Shown one piece after another: positions 10,787 to 13,174 of a DNA stretch of 13,174 bases. The notes beneath the pieces are model-generated. The model had not been told where the DNA came from and ran no database searches. It was given only the letters and a program-made list of their open reading frames with translations. This DNA comes from a bacterium. GTDB taxonomy: Bacteria; SAR324; NAC60-12. Location of the stretch: assembly GCA_965233585.1 (NCBI GenBank), contig CBDDTI010000386.1, positions 1-13,174 on the forward strand, read 5' to 3'. The stretch's first letter is position 1. Each line of letters starts with the position of its first letter. A program made the translations under genes and the position numbers.

Positions 10787-10826
10787 TCCCTTGACAATGG
10801 CGCCAAGATGTCGCCGAAACGTCGGA
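10787..10826 (+). ncRNA. Minimal PLE-type hammerhead ribozyme variant (U3-A8)
   Basis: TCCC TTGACAA T GGCG-CCAAGATGT-CGCC GAAAC GTC GGA: core UUGACAA, stem II GGCG/CGCC, palindromic ACGT stem III, GUC triplet. Confidence 0.65.
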
Positions 10827-10885
10827 CTTTTCTATCGTTAGTTTTCGCCTGTATATGTATATCTAAATCATTATTGATTAGAATC

Positions 10886-12622
<1,737 letters not shown>

Positions 12623-13174
12623 TACAACTGCGATGATCACATCTCACATTAATTATCTCCTTAGTTTGGATGGCGGCTAGGAATGGTCGATGATGTGGAA
12701 TTGATAAATAGGGTGAGAGAGAACTTCAGAAACAATTAAGATCGAAAGTTAAAAAATTCACAACGAGAAACTCTAAAAACGTTTGTTAATGGCCAAGATG
12801 TGAGAAGTACTACCTTTCTCAAGGATAGCAACACCAGTCTCTGACGAAACCAGGCCGCAAAATATCTTTTTTTTGCGCAAGCTAAATTGCGGGTAAACCA
12901 AATCGAACTAGCAACATGCAAGAGAGAATTCAGGGTATCGACTCAACAGCGAAAACCATGCAGACCAACATGTCACCCTTGATAGCTCTCGACATGCTTG
13001 ATCAGTTTTCTAAACCAGAGTCGAACGGCGCTGTTCTACAGTTTTAAGTAATGCTTGGCTCCATCTACGTGACCTTGAAGCTACTACATTTTTTAAAATA
13101 TTACGAAACAGTAAGTCATCGTCGCTTACCCGAAGCTATACGTAGAATATTGATACCCCTAACCTTTTTTCAAC

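Larger units (their letters stand above)
9933..10860 (+). mobile_element. 5'-truncated Penelope-like retroelement with inverted 3'-end duplication
   Basis: 251-bp inverted repeat 9933-10183 / 10610-10860, GIY-YIG coding region, and hammerhead-like motif in the 3' region. Confidence 0.92.

Overview
AT-rich eukaryotic DNA with no recognisable host gene; most identifiable features are nested mobile elements. The repeat families resemble coral/cnidarian ones (my recollection, not a search). From left to right: (1) an inverted pair of ~260-bp elements, each carrying a full tRNA-like cloverleaf (anticodon AGT), with the left copy split by a 3.2-kb insertion at CCCTAAGGG that has subterminal repeats and a 50-bp tandem array; (2) a diverged paralogous tRNA(AGT) element with direct and inverted end duplications; (3) a Penelope-like (PLE) terminus with a type I hammerhead ribozyme; (4) a tRNA-derived SINE-like fragment and several MITEs; (5) a rearranged CR1/L2-type LINE fragment; (6) a 5'-truncated GIY-YIG Penelope element with a 251-bp inverted terminal duplication and a U3-A8 variant hammerhead; (7) a young 5'-truncated R4/Dong-like REL retrotransposon in an (AAT)n tract. 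The best candidate for something new is the small non-coding tRNA(AGT) elements. They have a covarying structured leader and share the inverted/partial-tandem architecture and microsatellite context of the neighbouring Penelope elements.
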